Notes under the pieces: generated by a model | Databases searched by the model: none | Seen by the model: only the letters and a program-made list of their open reading frames with translations | What the model was told of the DNA's origin: nothing | In this document: in pieces, positions 62,119-64,000 of the stretch | How the letters are laid out: every line of letters starts with the position of its first letter | How positions within the stretch are numbered: position 1 is the first letter of the stretch | Source of the DNA: Eledone cirrhosa | Taxonomy: Eukaryota | Direction of reading: 5' to 3' | DNA length: 64,000 nt | NCBI GenBank assembly: GCA_964016885.1 | Contig: OZ024760.1 | Location: 3,906,001-3,970,000 of the forward strand | Translations under genes and position numbers: made by a program

Positions 62119-63342
62119 ATCACCCGGTGTTGCTTTAGGATCATCAACTCCCCCCTCAACCCGTTTCCTTGCTGTTGGTGTTTTCTTTCTTTCAGCTCTT
62201 CTGGTCAATCCCCACCCCTTAAATAATTTGAATTGCCACTTATGTAACACCCAGGTTTTCTGTACTGAAATAGCAGTCTTGAAGTCTTTTTTTTTAAATT
62301 CTTAGATCGTAGTCATGTGGGGACATGGGGATTTGAAGATTTGTATGCCCCTAGTGTCCCTACCTGACCATATGTCACCGAAAGTTATGTCGACGCTGAA
62401 AACCTGCCCATATTTAACATCGGAAGTGACTACAAGCTAGTGTTTGAAGTCGTCACCGATGTCCTACATGGTGACCGACACTCGCACATCCTATATTCCT
62501 GTGGGACTAGATTGTGAGCAGCTATGTCTAAGATTGCGCTTTCGGTTCGTCACCAGTTTTGACAACTACACCCACCATATCCCCTCCTAATGGAAGAGGT
62601 TCGCCCGCGTCCATTCGTTCCGTCCTCAGTTTAGAAAACAACACACCGTACCTCTCTCCCAACAAAAGATGTTCATGCCATGATTTTTCCTCTATATCTC
62701 TTTCTCACTTCCATTCTCTCACTCTGTCTATCCTACTCTGGAAGAAATCTGCTGTATTCAGACCCGTGACCCGGAGAGGAGATGGGCTCCGCCAGGTTTT
62801 AAAATGCCCTAGAAACGCCCTATATCAATACAACGCCCCTACGATTCCCTCAGGAGTTACGGGACCATGCATGCACGCATCGCTTTTCCTATCACGTGAC
62901 TATTGTCTCCTTCCTTAGACTCGATATTTTCCACACCTTCTATTTGAGGTAGTTGCCACCACCCAACCTTTTCAACTCTGCATGTCACTTTCTTTGTGTT
63001 TGTTTCCATAGATCAAACTGTTTTCTTCGTCATATATTGTTCTACTTAAATGTCGTACATTTAATTCTATACGTACTTGTCCTCGCCATGTAGTTTCTCG
63101 AAAGTTTTGTTTTGTTTTCCATTTCCCCCTCCGACCAAATCGTTGGCCTTGTGCCTAAATTAAAAATCATTATTATCAATTATGTAAACACCAGCTATGA
63201 TCTCAAGGGATATATTGTTCGTCTGCAGTACCATAAACTTTGTGTTTGTACTTTGGAAATAGTCCTCTTCTAATGTGACGGCGATGAATTTGTTTTGCGA
63301 GGTTTTTTTATATGAAATCGTGTGTTGAAACAAATACTGTTA

Positions 63343-63555
63343 TAAGTAAGTATGTTTTGAAACAGCAAGCAAGTTTGAAATTAGAAATAGAAGCTTTCGC
63401 CGTATTTTTAACTAAAGAAATTTTAGCCCGATGAGGTTTAGTGGGATTTAGATCTCTAAGAAATGGAAAAAGATGAGTATTGACGTACATGGAAGTCGAA
63501 CCCACATCTTTCGTTATCCAGACCACTGTGCTACCATTACACTAACACATCACCC
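63343..63555 (-). mobile_element. tRNA-derived SINE inserted into a PLE-C-like terminal repeat; body fragment also at 41230-41335
   Basis: rc tagtgtaatgg (A box), ggttcgacttcc (B box); flanking tgttata duplication splits gaaatcgtgtgttgaaac..ttgggagggtcatg. Confidence 0.65.
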
Positions 63556-64000
63556 ATTGTTATATTTGGGGAGGGTCATGGTGTTATAATATTGCCATAA
63601 ATATATAATTTAAAAACACTCTTCTAGTTCGCTGTATGTTTTCTGATCCTTTCTTTAACCCTCAGTCTCCATTGTTGCAAGAGAACCCTTGAGCTCATTC
63701 ACCCCACCTCTTGTAACACGTGAGTGTGGGCAAATATAGTCTATCGCTTCACCTCGTCCATGAGCTTAAAGTCAAGGCTTATATTTTCATAACCCTTCTC
63801 TCGATCAATGGAAACCACAACATTTTATATATAAGCGAGAGCATATTCCAACTGCTCATTTGCGGGGATACTAAAATCTCTTCGCTTCTTAACGAGAAGT
63901 GATGTGTCATTTTTTCCCTTGCCTTTTCTTTGACAATGTCATAAAACAAGGCAGAATCTTTAGTGACGTACCTGTACTAAAATCTTTCTTTTCTGAGAGT

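Overview
Eukaryotic, AT-rich, microsatellite-saturated DNA with no recognisable host gene. The repeat content (long (TA)n tracts, SINE types) suggests an octopus or other cephalopod genome; this is inference. It has four zones. (1) About 1-38.5 kb is a dense nest of at least seven distinct Penelope-like retroelement (PLE) families (RT and/or GIY-YIG), separated mostly by (TA)n tracts. Most show head-to-head fold-back inversions, including a 6.7-kb near-perfect palindrome centred at ~29043. Their 3' regions carry ~19 minimal type I hammerhead ribozyme (HHR) motifs of eight sequence families, several with U3-A8 covariant cores. A non-coding 472-bp HHR tandem array (retrozyme-like) lies at 7.2-9.0 kb. 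(2) About 38.5-46.8 kb is old SINEs, microsatellites and a mariner relic. (3) About 46.8-58.2 kb holds two diverged L1/Tx1-clade LINEs in tandem, bounded by (GATA)n. (4) About 58.2-64 kb has SINEs, a MITE, small palindromes and an 80-bp minisatellite. Main findings: the HHR set and retrozyme-like array, systematic fold-back geometry, a candidate -1 frameshift joining a coiled-coil ORF1 to RT in an endonuclease-bearing PLE, apparent (GATA)n targeting by Tx1, and conserved RNA and splice motifs in the Tx1 elements.
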